Below, piece after piece: positions 18,705-25,908 of a stretch of DNA of 50,886 nucleotides. A program made the translations under genes and the position numbers. Under the pieces are notes generated by a model that was not told the DNA's origin, made no database searches, and saw only the letters and a list, made by a program, of their open reading frames with translations. Each line of letters starts with the position of its first letter. The stretch's first letter is position 1. This stretch comes from an uncultured Gammaproteobacteria bacterium (GTDB lineage Bacteria > Patescibacteriota > Microgenomatia > UBA8517), in contig CAZSLA010000002.1 of assembly GCA_964607795.1 (NCBI GenBank), positions 1 through 50,886 of the forward strand, read 5' to 3'.

Positions 18705-19706
18705 ATGAGCGTTGCTGCTCCAAAAGAAAAAAGGATCCATCTTGATCCAACCGAACTCACGGAAGTATCTAAAAAAATAATAGAAATCGAAACCCCCGCA
18801 CAACCAAAACAAGTAGCGTTCGATGGGAATACTGGACTTGCATATGTACCATGCATGAGAGGTTACACGCTTGCGATTTTCGGACTTTCAAACCACAAGC
18901 TTGAGAGAATCCGAGAAGTTAGGTTTCAAGATCAGTGTGTGGAGGTCGCAGTTGGAAAGGAGCACGTTTACGTCACAACTAGCAATTTTGACCGACCGCC
19001 CCATGAGCTGCTTAACAAACTTTGGATACTGAATAAGTCAGGTCAAAAGGTGGGTTGTGTTAACATCGAGGGTAATTGGAGCAAAGTCGTTGCACTAGAC
19101 CAAAACGAAGAACTAGCTGCTGTAAGTAATTGGTACAGTCATGATATCAGTTTTATAGACATATCAGATAAACGCAACCCCAGACTAATTCAGAGGGTTA
19201 AATTTGGCGAAGCTCCAAGAGGACTTCTTTTTTTACCAAATGGTGGTCTAATGGTTTCCGGATTCTATTCCGCGAATATCGGCATACTAAAAAGGAATAA
19301 TTCAGGCTGGGAAGTCACTTATATTAGCAATGAATTTGATAGAGCGAAATATCAAGGCAATATGAGGCATTTAGTTCTAGCCCCAGACCAAAAAAACGCA
19401 CTAGTTACAAATCTTGGAAGAAATATGGTTCATATTTGGTCAGTTCAGAAGCAAGACTTTGTTGATCAAATCCTGGTTGGACTTGAACCAAATACAGTTG
19501 ATTTTATAAATGGCAACATAGCTGCCATTTCTTGTCGCAAATCTAATCTTATTTATTATTTAGATTATCCCAACCGAAAGGTTGTTGGGGTTTCTGAACC
19601 TACTGGAAACTTGCCGACTGGACTTTGCTGGGCCGGAGAGAACAAATGCCTTGTTACGAGCTTTGAGAGTAACAAGCTAGAACTTTACCAATTAAATGAT
19701 GGGTAA
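18705..19706 (+). CDS. Cytoplasmic 7-bladed beta-propeller protein (YVTN / lactonase-type repeats)
   Basis: 333 aa with no signal peptide. There are about seven ~45-aa repeats ending in hydrophobic strands (LAYVPC, HVYVTTSN, LAAVSNW, LMVSGFY, ALVTNLG, IAAISC, CLVTSFE), with G..P.G turns as in YncE/Pgl-like propellers. Confidence 0.6.
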   Translation: MSVAAPKEKRIHLDPTELTEVSKKIIEIETPAQPKQVAFDGNTGLAYVPCMRGYTLAIFGLSNHKLERIREVRFQDQCVEVAVGKEHVYVTTSNFDRPPHELLNKLWILNKSGQKVGCVNIEGNWSKVVALDQNEELAAVSNWYSHDISFIDISDKRNPRLIQRVKFGEAPRGLLFLPNGGLMVSGFYSANIGILKRNNSGWEVTYISNEFDRAKYQGNMRHLVLAPDQKNALVTNLGRNMVHIWSVQKQDFVDQILVGLEPNTVDFINGNIAAISCRKSNLIYYLDYPNRKVVGVSEPTGNLPTGLCWAGENKCLVTSFESNKLELYQLNDG

Positions 19707-20350
19707 ATATTAATTCCTGTTAACTGCAACTTACCTTTTGTATCCATAAGTAATACACTTACAGAACCATTCGGTATCGAAAAATATCTTCGATTGTCAA
19801 ACGAGCTCTGTAGTGCCTCAAGAATAACCATTTTTATAATATCGACATGCGTAATTGCAAATACTAAACGATTATCCAAATTTTTAAATCGTTGCAGAAC
19901 GCTCAATACTCTTTGTCTAACCTCCTCATATGACTCTCCATCTGGAAACCTAAATTTGCTAGGATTATACATCCAATCATCTACCATTTCGCCGTACTTT
20001 CCCCTTAGTTCATTACCCCTTTTTCCGCTGAATTCACCCATATCAGTTTCGATTAATTGTGGTAGCTCCATAATTTGCGGCTTATTATATTTAAATTGTT
20101 GACTGATAAGTTCTGCTGTTTGTTTGCATCTTATTAACGGACTTGTAAACATAGCTATACCAGATTCTTCAGATTCTGAGAAAATGTCATGCATGGACGA
20201 TATTCTCTGTACGAAATCATCAACCTGCTGATCTCTAACTATTTCAGCGTCGATTACTCTTCCCATGATGACTCCGTTGCGATTATTTTCGGTTGCCAGA
20301 TGTCTTATGAAAACCAGCTTACGTTCAGTGCTCATCAAACACCCTTTCAA
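19685..20350 (-). CDS. Histidine phosphatase superfamily protein (phosphoglycerate-mutase-like branch)
   Basis: 221 aa with the RHG-type motif FIRHLATENN, TSPLIRCKQTA, PDGESYEEV, and a second catalytic His in AITHVDIIK. Confidence 0.85.
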   Translation of the reverse strand: MKGCLMSTERKLVFIRHLATENNRNGVIMGRVIDAEIVRDQQVDDFVQRISSMHDIFSESEESGIAMFTSPLIRCKQTAELISQQFKYNKPQIMELPQLIETDMGEFSGKRGNELRGKYGEMVDDWMYNPSKFRFPDGESYEEVRQRVLSVLQRFKNLDNRLVFAITHVDIIKMVILEALQSSFDNRRYFSIPNGSVSVLLMDTKGKLQLTGINIYPSFNW

Positions 20351-20957
20351 TGATCAATTGAGCGTTTATCTCCGGAGGTGTGTTTCCATCCATCTTAAGA
20401 TAATCCGCTCTATTAAAAGAACCGAAGCTTTCAAACCTGCCTATAAACTCTACAAAAGTAAATGGGCTTGGGCCATGCCCGCCATTTTCAATTCTACGGG
20501 AAACTCTAGCATAAGCAATCTGAGGATTAACACTCACTTCAACGATTGAAATAGCTAAACAAATCGAATTAGTTCGACCTATTTCTTCAATCTTGTTCAA
20601 AGTATGCTCTAATCCTTCAGTATTACTAAAAGGCTGGTTCCATATTACACACTTGCCATTGCGAATCGCTGTTTTAAACTGGTCTAACATAAACCGATAT
20701 GGGTAGAATTTAGAGTCGAGGTCAGTGCATTCAATCCTAGTTTTTTCAACAAAATCAGAATAATCTCTCCCCTCGTAATCTATGTCATCTGGGTCAATAA
20801 TTGCACACGAAGCTTGTCCAATCCTTTTCACGATTTCTCCAGAAACAGTGGATTTTCCAGAACCAGGTATTCCCCGTATTAATATTACCCTAACTGTTTC
20901 TTGCGGCTTTTCTCTAATTTCAAGTTTATTTAAGTCAAATCTTTCAGGGTTTGACAT
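20325..20957 (-). CDS. P-loop kinase-like NTPase (AAA_33 / Zeta / PNK / gluconokinase-type fold); substrate unknown
   Basis: 210 aa with Walker A GIPGSGKST, followed ~20 aa later by a hydrophobic strand ending in Asp (CAIIDPDD). Overlaps the downstream phosphatase gene by 26 nt. Confidence 0.72.
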   Translation of the reverse strand: MSNPERFDLNKLEIREKPQETVRVILIRGIPGSGKSTVSGEIVKRIGQASCAIIDPDDIDYEGRDYSDFVEKTRIECTDLDSKFYPYRFMLDQFKTAIRNGKCVIWNQPFSNTEGLEHTLNKIEEIGRTNSICLAISIVEVSVNPQIAYARVSRRIENGGHGPSPFTFVEFIGRFESFGSFNRADYLKMDGNTPPEINAQLIIERVFDEH

Positions 20958-20985
20958 TTGACGATATATACTTCGATGTTATAAT
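20958..20985 (+). promoter_or_regulatory. Sigma-70-type promoter that would give a leaderless or near-leaderless transcript for the small ORF
   Basis: TTGACG (20958-20963), a 16-nt spacer, then TATAAT (20980-20985). The ATG at 20993 lies 7 nt after the -10. The element abuts the kinase start codon (20957). Confidence 0.4.
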
Positions 20986-20992
20986 AACACAA

Positions 20993-21265
20993 ATGTCACC
21001 TGAAAATAAATCCGAACGGACTGAAGTGTTGAGTATCGGAAATTCAGAAAAAGTAATTTTAGATCCTTCAGGAGGCAGTATATTCACCCGCAAGTTAATA
21101 TTTGGAAGACCGGACCTGCTTGAACAGTGTCCACGCGAAGTTCAAGAAAGTATCAGACTTATGCATCATGCAATAACACTGCAATCCAAAGGTTGCCATG
21201 AGAAGGGTAGGGAATATCTACAAATGACTTTTGAATCACTTGATAGACCGAAAATATTAGATTGA
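20993..21265 (+). CDS. Small hypothetical protein (90 aa from the ATG at 20993)
   Basis: Open frame divergent from the kinase gene. The ORF track starts at a TTG (20951), but an ATG lies at 20993 just downstream of a promoter-like element. I recognise no motif. Confidence 0.4.
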   Translation: MSPENKSERTEVLSIGNSEKVILDPSGGSIFTRKLIFGRPDLLEQCPREVQESIRLMHHAITLQSKGCHEKGREYLQMTFESLDRPKILD

Positions 21266-22253
21266 TTTTCCAATTTTGTGCACTCTTCCTACAAGGGCTT
21301 CATTTACGGCTTTTTTATCGGACCATTCATGTTCAACTCCATCAATATTCATTCCCTCTTCATGGCCTTTTCCACAAATTAAAACAGTAGATCCCGTTTC
21401 TGCTAAATAATTAATTGCAAAGTAAACTGCCATTCCTCTGTCTGGAATATTATGGATCTTGTAGAAATGATTTGGATTTACTCCTTCCTTTACCACTATA
21501 TTACTTGCCTTAAAATGAGAATCCTGCTTCAACGAATAAGAAACTAATACATTATTAAGATTTGACCTGATCTTTTTCGTCTTTGTCCGCCACCGCAGTC
21601 TCTGCTTCATTCAAGAAAGACGTCTTTGCTTGGCGATATTGTTCAAAACTCTTATGATAATCGAGATGTTCGGGAGTAATATTGGTAATCGCAGAAACCT
21701 CAAAGCTTAAACCATACACCCGAGCCTGATCTATAGCCTGAGACGATATTTCAATAATACAATGAGAACAATTAGCTTAAACCATTGCATACAAAAGCAT
21801 CTGTAATTCTAAAGGTTCAGGGGCAGTTGTATGCAAACCAGTTTTAATTACTTTTTTATTTATTTTTGCAGAAGTAGTAGAAATTAGGCCAACCTTTACA
21901 CCTGATCTTATGAGCAAGTGATGAATCATATTAGAAACAGTTGTTTTCCCATCAGTCCCAGTTACTCCAATTAAACTCATTTTGTCAGCCGGATTATCAA
22001 ACCAGTTTGCTGCAATAAGCGAAAGAGCTTTTCTTGAATCTTTCACCTTAATATAAGTAACCTCCCTAAGCCAATTTGGTTGTGGATCTTTTTCGCCGAT
22101 AATTACGATTGCACCCTTGGAAATAACCTTGTCAACATAATCGTGGGCATCGCTTCTTAACCCCTGTATAGCCACAAACAATGAGTTCTTGTTAACCTTT
22201 CTTGAATCATCAATTACAGCACCAATATCAGGATTTGAAGAGCAAAACCTCAT
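21257..22253 (-). pseudogene. murE: Decayed UDP-N-acetylmuramoyl-tripeptide synthetase gene (murE)
   Basis: MurE similarity is split across the locus. The N-terminal part runs ...DDSRKV...GVTGTDGKTT...LHTTAPEPLELQ... to an in-frame TAA at 21777-21779. The same frame continues ANCSHCIIEISSQAIDQARV...ITNITPEHLDYHKSFEQYRQAK. A frameshift near 21566-21575 follows, then VLVSYSLKQDSHFKASNI. The sequence then jumps directly to the C-terminal IPDRGMAVYFAI...LICGKGHEE. About 170 codons are missing, including the DYAHTPD and DNPR regions. Confidence 0.8.
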
Positions 22254-22294
22254 ATGATCGACACTGTTAAGTAAATCACTGAGCTTTTAATTCA

Positions 22295-22441
22295 TATTTC
22301 TCTTATGACTGCGCCTAACTTTTCTAGGTTTTCTGCAAAGTGTGAGTGTCTGCGGTAAAGCGCATCTGCGTTATTGACAGTAGAATTACCCTCAGCAACC
22401 ACAGTATATATCATTATCGTCTCAACTTCAGCGTCAGTAAA
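22295..22441 (-). pseudogene. murA: Relic of the 3' end of a murA-like (enolpyruvyl transferase) gene
   Basis: 49 codons with no start: FTDAEVETIMIYTVVAEGNSTVNNADALYRRHSHFAENLEKLGAVIREI*. They align without gaps to the MurA C-terminus pattern TDLRA....L.LA.L.AEG.S.V.....L.RGY..F..KL..LGA.I.R. The relic begins directly after the ftsI stop, in the ftsI frame. Confidence 0.55.
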
Positions 22442-24166
22442 TTAATCAGGCTGGATCCCCAAGTATGTGAATAAATCACGGGCGATATTAAACCAAAGTG
22501 GCGCAGCGGTTTCGCTGGCCCAGGGGGAGCTTTGGGGCTCCCTCAGGGTCACAAGCATAATAAACTTGGGATTCTCAGGCGGGGCAAATCCCACAAAGCT
22601 GGCAATGGTTTTATCTGCATCATAGTGGCCGGCCACTGGTATTTGCGCTGTACCCGTTTTACCGGCAATTTTAAATCCTTTGGGTATGGCCCATTTAGCC
22701 TCACCCTGGGAGGCGGCGAGCACCATCATCTCGGTCATTTGGCGTGCGGCCTTCTGACTAATCACGCGCGTACCCTCGCTCGGGGGAATGTCTTCTTCCC
22801 AGCCATCGATTTTCAGCTTATCCACCACCTGAGGAGTAATCTTTACACCCCCGCGGGCAATGGTATTAATCATGGAAACCATCTGAATGGGTGTAACCGC
22901 AATCCCCTGGCCAAAAGTGGAAGTGACCACGTCTACATCGCCCCAGTCACGATCGGCTCGCAAAGGCGGCTTGGCCTCGCCCTGAAGGTCAATGCCCGTT
23001 GCCTCACCCAGGCCAAACTTTTTAAGGTATTCAATGACGCGCTCTTTGCCCAATTTCTGCCCCACGTATGACATACCCACATTATCCGAGTGCATAATAA
23101 CCTCGGCCATGGTTGTGTCCTCGTAATATTTATTGTCCCAGGTCCTGATCTGGTACCTGCCAATGGTCAAAGGTCCGGCGCACATATCGCACTTTGTGTC
23201 CGGCTCCACCGCCCCGGCATCAAGTGCCGAGGCCATGATAACGGGCTTAAACACCGAGCCCGGCTCAAAGGCATCGGAGATGACGGGATTTTTAAAAAGT
23301 TCGTTTGTAAAATCCGCATAATGCATCGGGTCAAAAGTAGGCTCGACCGCCATGGCCAGGACAGCACCGTCTTGGGGCCGCATAACCACGACTGAGCCTT
23401 GCGTCGCTTTATAAAGCTCTATGCCAGCCTTTAATTTTTGCTCGACCAAAATCTGAATAGTTTTGTCAATGTGGGTCACCAAATCAACGCCGCGGGAAGC
23501 TCCTTTTTCGCGCGAGAGTCCCCCGATCAACGGCACACCCAAGGCGTTGGACTCGCGCTCCAAAAATCCGGGCCGCCCTGCAAGCGTCAAATTATAATAA
23601 CCTTCCAGGCCAAAATAGCCTTTACTCTCACCCTGATCATCCTTGCCCACAAAGCCTAAAAGATGAGCACTTGAGCTTCCTTCCGGATAAACCCTACTTT
23701 CCTGAAGCTCAAAGCCTATGCCAGGAAGCTTCATAGCCTCAATGTTTTGCTTTTTATCTCGGGTTATTTCATTTTTCAAAGCCACCCAAGCGCCGTCGCG
23801 ACCCAAAAGTCCTTCTAAACGCATCGCCTCATCCAAAAGCAATTTGTATGGATCTTCTTCATTTTTAGGCTCATCCACAAGGACCGGTGCTAATTTATTA
23901 GCTAGGGTTTTGGGGTCGTATTTAATTTCCGGCAGGGACGCATACACCCGCCACGCATCCACGCTAGAAACCATCCAGGTGCCATCCGCAGCCAGGATGC
24001 TGCCCCTTTGAGCTTCTATTTTTTGGTTAGTTATCTGCTGGGCGCGGGCTTGCCTGGTTAGTTCGCCGGTTTTCATTATCTGCCAATAAAACAGCCGGCC
24101 AATAATCGAGGCCGAGGCAAGCAAAAAAAAGGTGCTGATTAAGCGCAGTCTGAGCCTTCTGGTCAT
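22442..24166 (-). CDS. ftsI: Class B penicillin-binding protein / peptidoglycan D,D-transpeptidase FtsI
   Basis: 574 aa with an N-terminal TM helix, SxxK (SVFKP), SxN (SDN) and KTG (KTGT) motifs. Sits in the dcw position after ftsL. Confidence 0.92.
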   Translation of the reverse strand: MTRRLRLRLISTFFLLASASIIGRLFYWQIMKTGELTRQARAQQITNQKIEAQRGSILAADGTWMVSSVDAWRVYASLPEIKYDPKTLANKLAPVLVDEPKNEEDPYKLLLDEAMRLEGLLGRDGAWVALKNEITRDKKQNIEAMKLPGIGFELQESRVYPEGSSSAHLLGFVGKDDQGESKGYFGLEGYYNLTLAGRPGFLERESNALGVPLIGGLSREKGASRGVDLVTHIDKTIQILVEQKLKAGIELYKATQGSVVVMRPQDGAVLAMAVEPTFDPMHYADFTNELFKNPVISDAFEPGSVFKPVIMASALDAGAVEPDTKCDMCAGPLTIGRYQIRTWDNKYYEDTTMAEVIMHSDNVGMSYVGQKLGKERVIEYLKKFGLGEATGIDLQGEAKPPLRADRDWGDVDVVTSTFGQGIAVTPIQMVSMINTIARGGVKITPQVVDKLKIDGWEEDIPPSEGTRVISQKAARQMTEMMVLAASQGEAKWAIPKGFKIAGKTGTAQIPVAGHYDADKTIASFVGFAPPENPKFIMLVTLREPQSSPWASETAAPLWFNIARDLFTYLGIQPD

Positions 24167-24469
24167 CTAAGGAAGTTGGGCAACGGATCTACTGAGCGTG
24201 CTGGCAATTTCTCCCAGATAATAAATTTCGCTTGGCTTTACCATGCCGAGTTTCTCGGCTTTTGCGTTGATGTGGTTGAGGGCGGTTTGCTCAATCATCT
24301 GGCTCATAATTTGTCTGTTTTCTGCCTCAACAAGGCTAATTTGTTTTTCAATTTGCATAAGCTTGCTGCCAAGTGACACTATCTGAATACTCACCATCAC
24401 GATTGCCATGACCATGAAAATAATTCCGGCTAAGGGGAATGTCAATTGTTTACTGATTCTGCTTTTCAT
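24167..24469 (-). CDS. ftsL: FtsL-like cell division protein
   Basis: 100 aa with a single TM helix followed by a heptad-like segment (LMQIEKQISLVEAENRQIMSQ). Conserved position between rsmH and ftsI. Confidence 0.7.
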   Translation of the reverse strand: MKSRISKQLTFPLAGIIFMVMAIVMVSIQIVSLGSKLMQIEKQISLVEAENRQIMSQMIEQTALNHINAKAEKLGMVKPSEIYYLGEIASTLSRSVAQLP

Positions 24470-24472
24470 TTA

Positions 24473-25369
24473 TTAGCTAAACTCCTTTTCAAAGATGCGC
24501 AGGCTTGCGCTTCTGGCGCGCGGATTAGCCGTGCGCTCATCCAAACCGGGTTTGATCGGGCCTTGAGTACGCCCCCAACCAAGCTTTTTCCAGGACTTAA
24601 ACTTATTTTTAACAACCCTGTCTTCACCTGAATGAAAACTTATAACCGCAAGCTTTCCCTTGGGCATTAAAAGCTCATATGCCCGCTCCAAAGCAAGAGT
24701 TAAATTCTCAAGCTCGCAATTGACGATTATACGCAGAGCCATCATGGCTCTGGTGGCCGGATGAATCTTGCCCGGCCTCCCTTTACCAAAAAGCGTAAGC
24801 AGGTCCCCCACCCGGAAAAATTTTTGCTCCTGCCTTTGGCTGATTACTTTTTCGGCCAGGATTTTGGCACTTTTATAGGGCATGCTAATCAAGAACATGT
24901 CCACAAGCTGCTCAAATCTTAAGATATTCAGAAGATCTGCTGCTTTGACTTCCTGCCTGCTCTGATCCAAGCGCATGTCCAAAGGCGCATCCGGGTCTTT
25001 GAAAGAAAAACCCCGCAAGTCCTGATCCAAGTGATAACTGGAAATACCTAAATCAAAAAGAATTCCCTTGACCGGCGAAAAGCTATGCTCTTGGGCAATT
25101 TTTTTTATGTCTACAAAATTAGCGTGCACCAGAATACTTTCTGTGCCAAAGCTGGGACTTTCTTGTTTAAGTCTTTCTTGGGCTAAAGCATACATTTTTG
25201 GATCCGTTTCCAAAGCAAGTACCGTCGCTCCTTGGCGCAAAAACTCCAGAGTGTGGCCGCCGGCGCCCAAAGTGGCGTCAATAATTTTAGCTTCAGGTGT
25301 AATGTGCAATGCCTCCAAAACCTCGCTCACAAGCACTGGCAGATGGCTACTAGTCAGATCTTTGTTCAC
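24473..25369 (-). CDS. rsmH: 16S rRNA (cytosine1402-N4)-methyltransferase RsmH/MraW
   Basis: 298 aa with HLPVLVSEVLEAL, DATLGAGGHT, DLGISSYHLD and SFHSGEDRVVK. Confidence 0.95.
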   Translation of the reverse strand: MNKDLTSSHLPVLVSEVLEALHITPEAKIIDATLGAGGHTLEFLRQGATVLALETDPKMYALAQERLKQESPSFGTESILVHANFVDIKKIAQEHSFSPVKGILFDLGISSYHLDQDLRGFSFKDPDAPLDMRLDQSRQEVKAADLLNILRFEQLVDMFLISMPYKSAKILAEKVISQRQEQKFFRVGDLLTLFGKGRPGKIHPATRAMMALRIIVNCELENLTLALERAYELLMPKGKLAVISFHSGEDRVVKNKFKSWKKLGWGRTQGPIKPGLDERTANPRARSASLRIFEKEFS

Positions 25370-25790
25370 TTGCTATTTTCTCCAGCATTTGGGCCGCATT
25401 TTGAGCTACGTAGGCTTCGCGTTTTTGCCAGGCTCCCTTATCCCATATTTCTATTCTGTCCCCGAGCCCTATAAACACCACCTCGTGGGTGAGCCCCGCA
25501 AACTCCACCAGACTTTCAGGCAAAAGCATGCGCCCTTGTGCATCCGTTTCCAGCTCATAAGCCGAGCCCAAAATAAACCGGTCCGTATCCCGAACTGGCG
25601 CGGTCAGGATGCTACTTTTCCCCGTTAGTCTACTCACAAGCTCATTCCATTTATCCTGACCTATAAGTACCAGACAGTTCTCATACCAACGAGCGACAAT
25701 AAATTTGTCTCCTATTTCGCGGCGAAAGGCTTTGGGAATAGCAATCCGCCTGTTTTCTGTTAGTTTGGATGCAAAGTTGCCAATTACCAT
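25350..25790 (-). CDS. mraZ: Transcriptional regulator MraZ
   Basis: 146 aa with duplicated SpoVT/AbrB-like halves. The first has a degenerate motif (ENRRIAIP) and the second the typical DxxGR motif (DAQGRMLLP). First gene of the dcw cluster. Confidence 0.94.
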   Translation of the reverse strand: MVIGNFASKLTENRRIAIPKAFRREIGDKFIVARWYENCLVLIGQDKWNELVSRLTGKSSILTAPVRDTDRFILGSAYELETDAQGRMLLPESLVEFAGLTHEVVFIGLGDRIEIWDKGAWQKREAYVAQNAAQMLEKIASEQRSD

Positions 25791-25794
25791 TATT

Positions 25795-25819
25795 CACCAT
25801 TTTTCACCAGATAACACCA
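25795..25819 (-). promoter_or_regulatory. Three phased TGGTG direct repeats (candidate MraZ operator)
   Basis: Minus strand reads caaaaTGGTGttatcTGGTGaaaaaTGGTGaataATG. On the plus strand the repeats are CACCA at 25795, 25805 and 25815, an exact 10-bp phasing, 4-28 nt upstream of the mraZ ATG. Confidence 0.55.
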
Positions 25820-25847
25820 TTTTGATCTATTTTCACGGCCATGTCAA
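25819..25847 (-). promoter_or_regulatory. Candidate dcw (mraZ) promoter
   Basis: Perfect -35 TTGACA (25847-25842), a 17-nt spacer, and a weak -10 CAAAAT (25824-25819) that overlaps the first TGGTG repeat. Confidence 0.4.
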
Positions 25848-25908
25848 GACTAAAAAAGGAAGGAAAATCCTAAAAATTAAAAAGACTTAGCTGAAGCTAA
25901 AGAGGCAC

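Noticed and set aside
18600-18812. A 70-aa minus-strand ORF spanning the ddl / propeller intergenic region.
   Set aside because: It overlaps the propeller gene start and the divergent promoter region. The product is aromatic and low-complexity (FWLCGGFDFYYFFRYF), with no ribosome-binding site. It is probably spurious.
18591-21265. Calling the insert a defence island or a bona fide toxin-antitoxin system.
   Set aside because: It has only a generic P-loop kinase fold and a histidine phosphatase. There is no nuclease, no known defence domain and no mobility gene. I kept it as a hypothesis in the findings, not as an annotation.
21777-21779. The in-frame TAA inside murE as evidence of stop-codon reassignment or programmed readthrough.
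   Set aside because: TAA terminates several well-delimited genes in the window, including ftsZ, mraY, ftsI and the O-antigen-ligase-like gene. The same gene also has a frameshift and a large deletion. A nonsense mutation in a decaying gene is the simpler explanation.
22532-24011. Plus-strand and alternative-frame ORFs (62-179 aa) inside ftsI.
   Set aside because: They are shadow ORFs within a full-length PBP gene that carries all three catalytic motifs.
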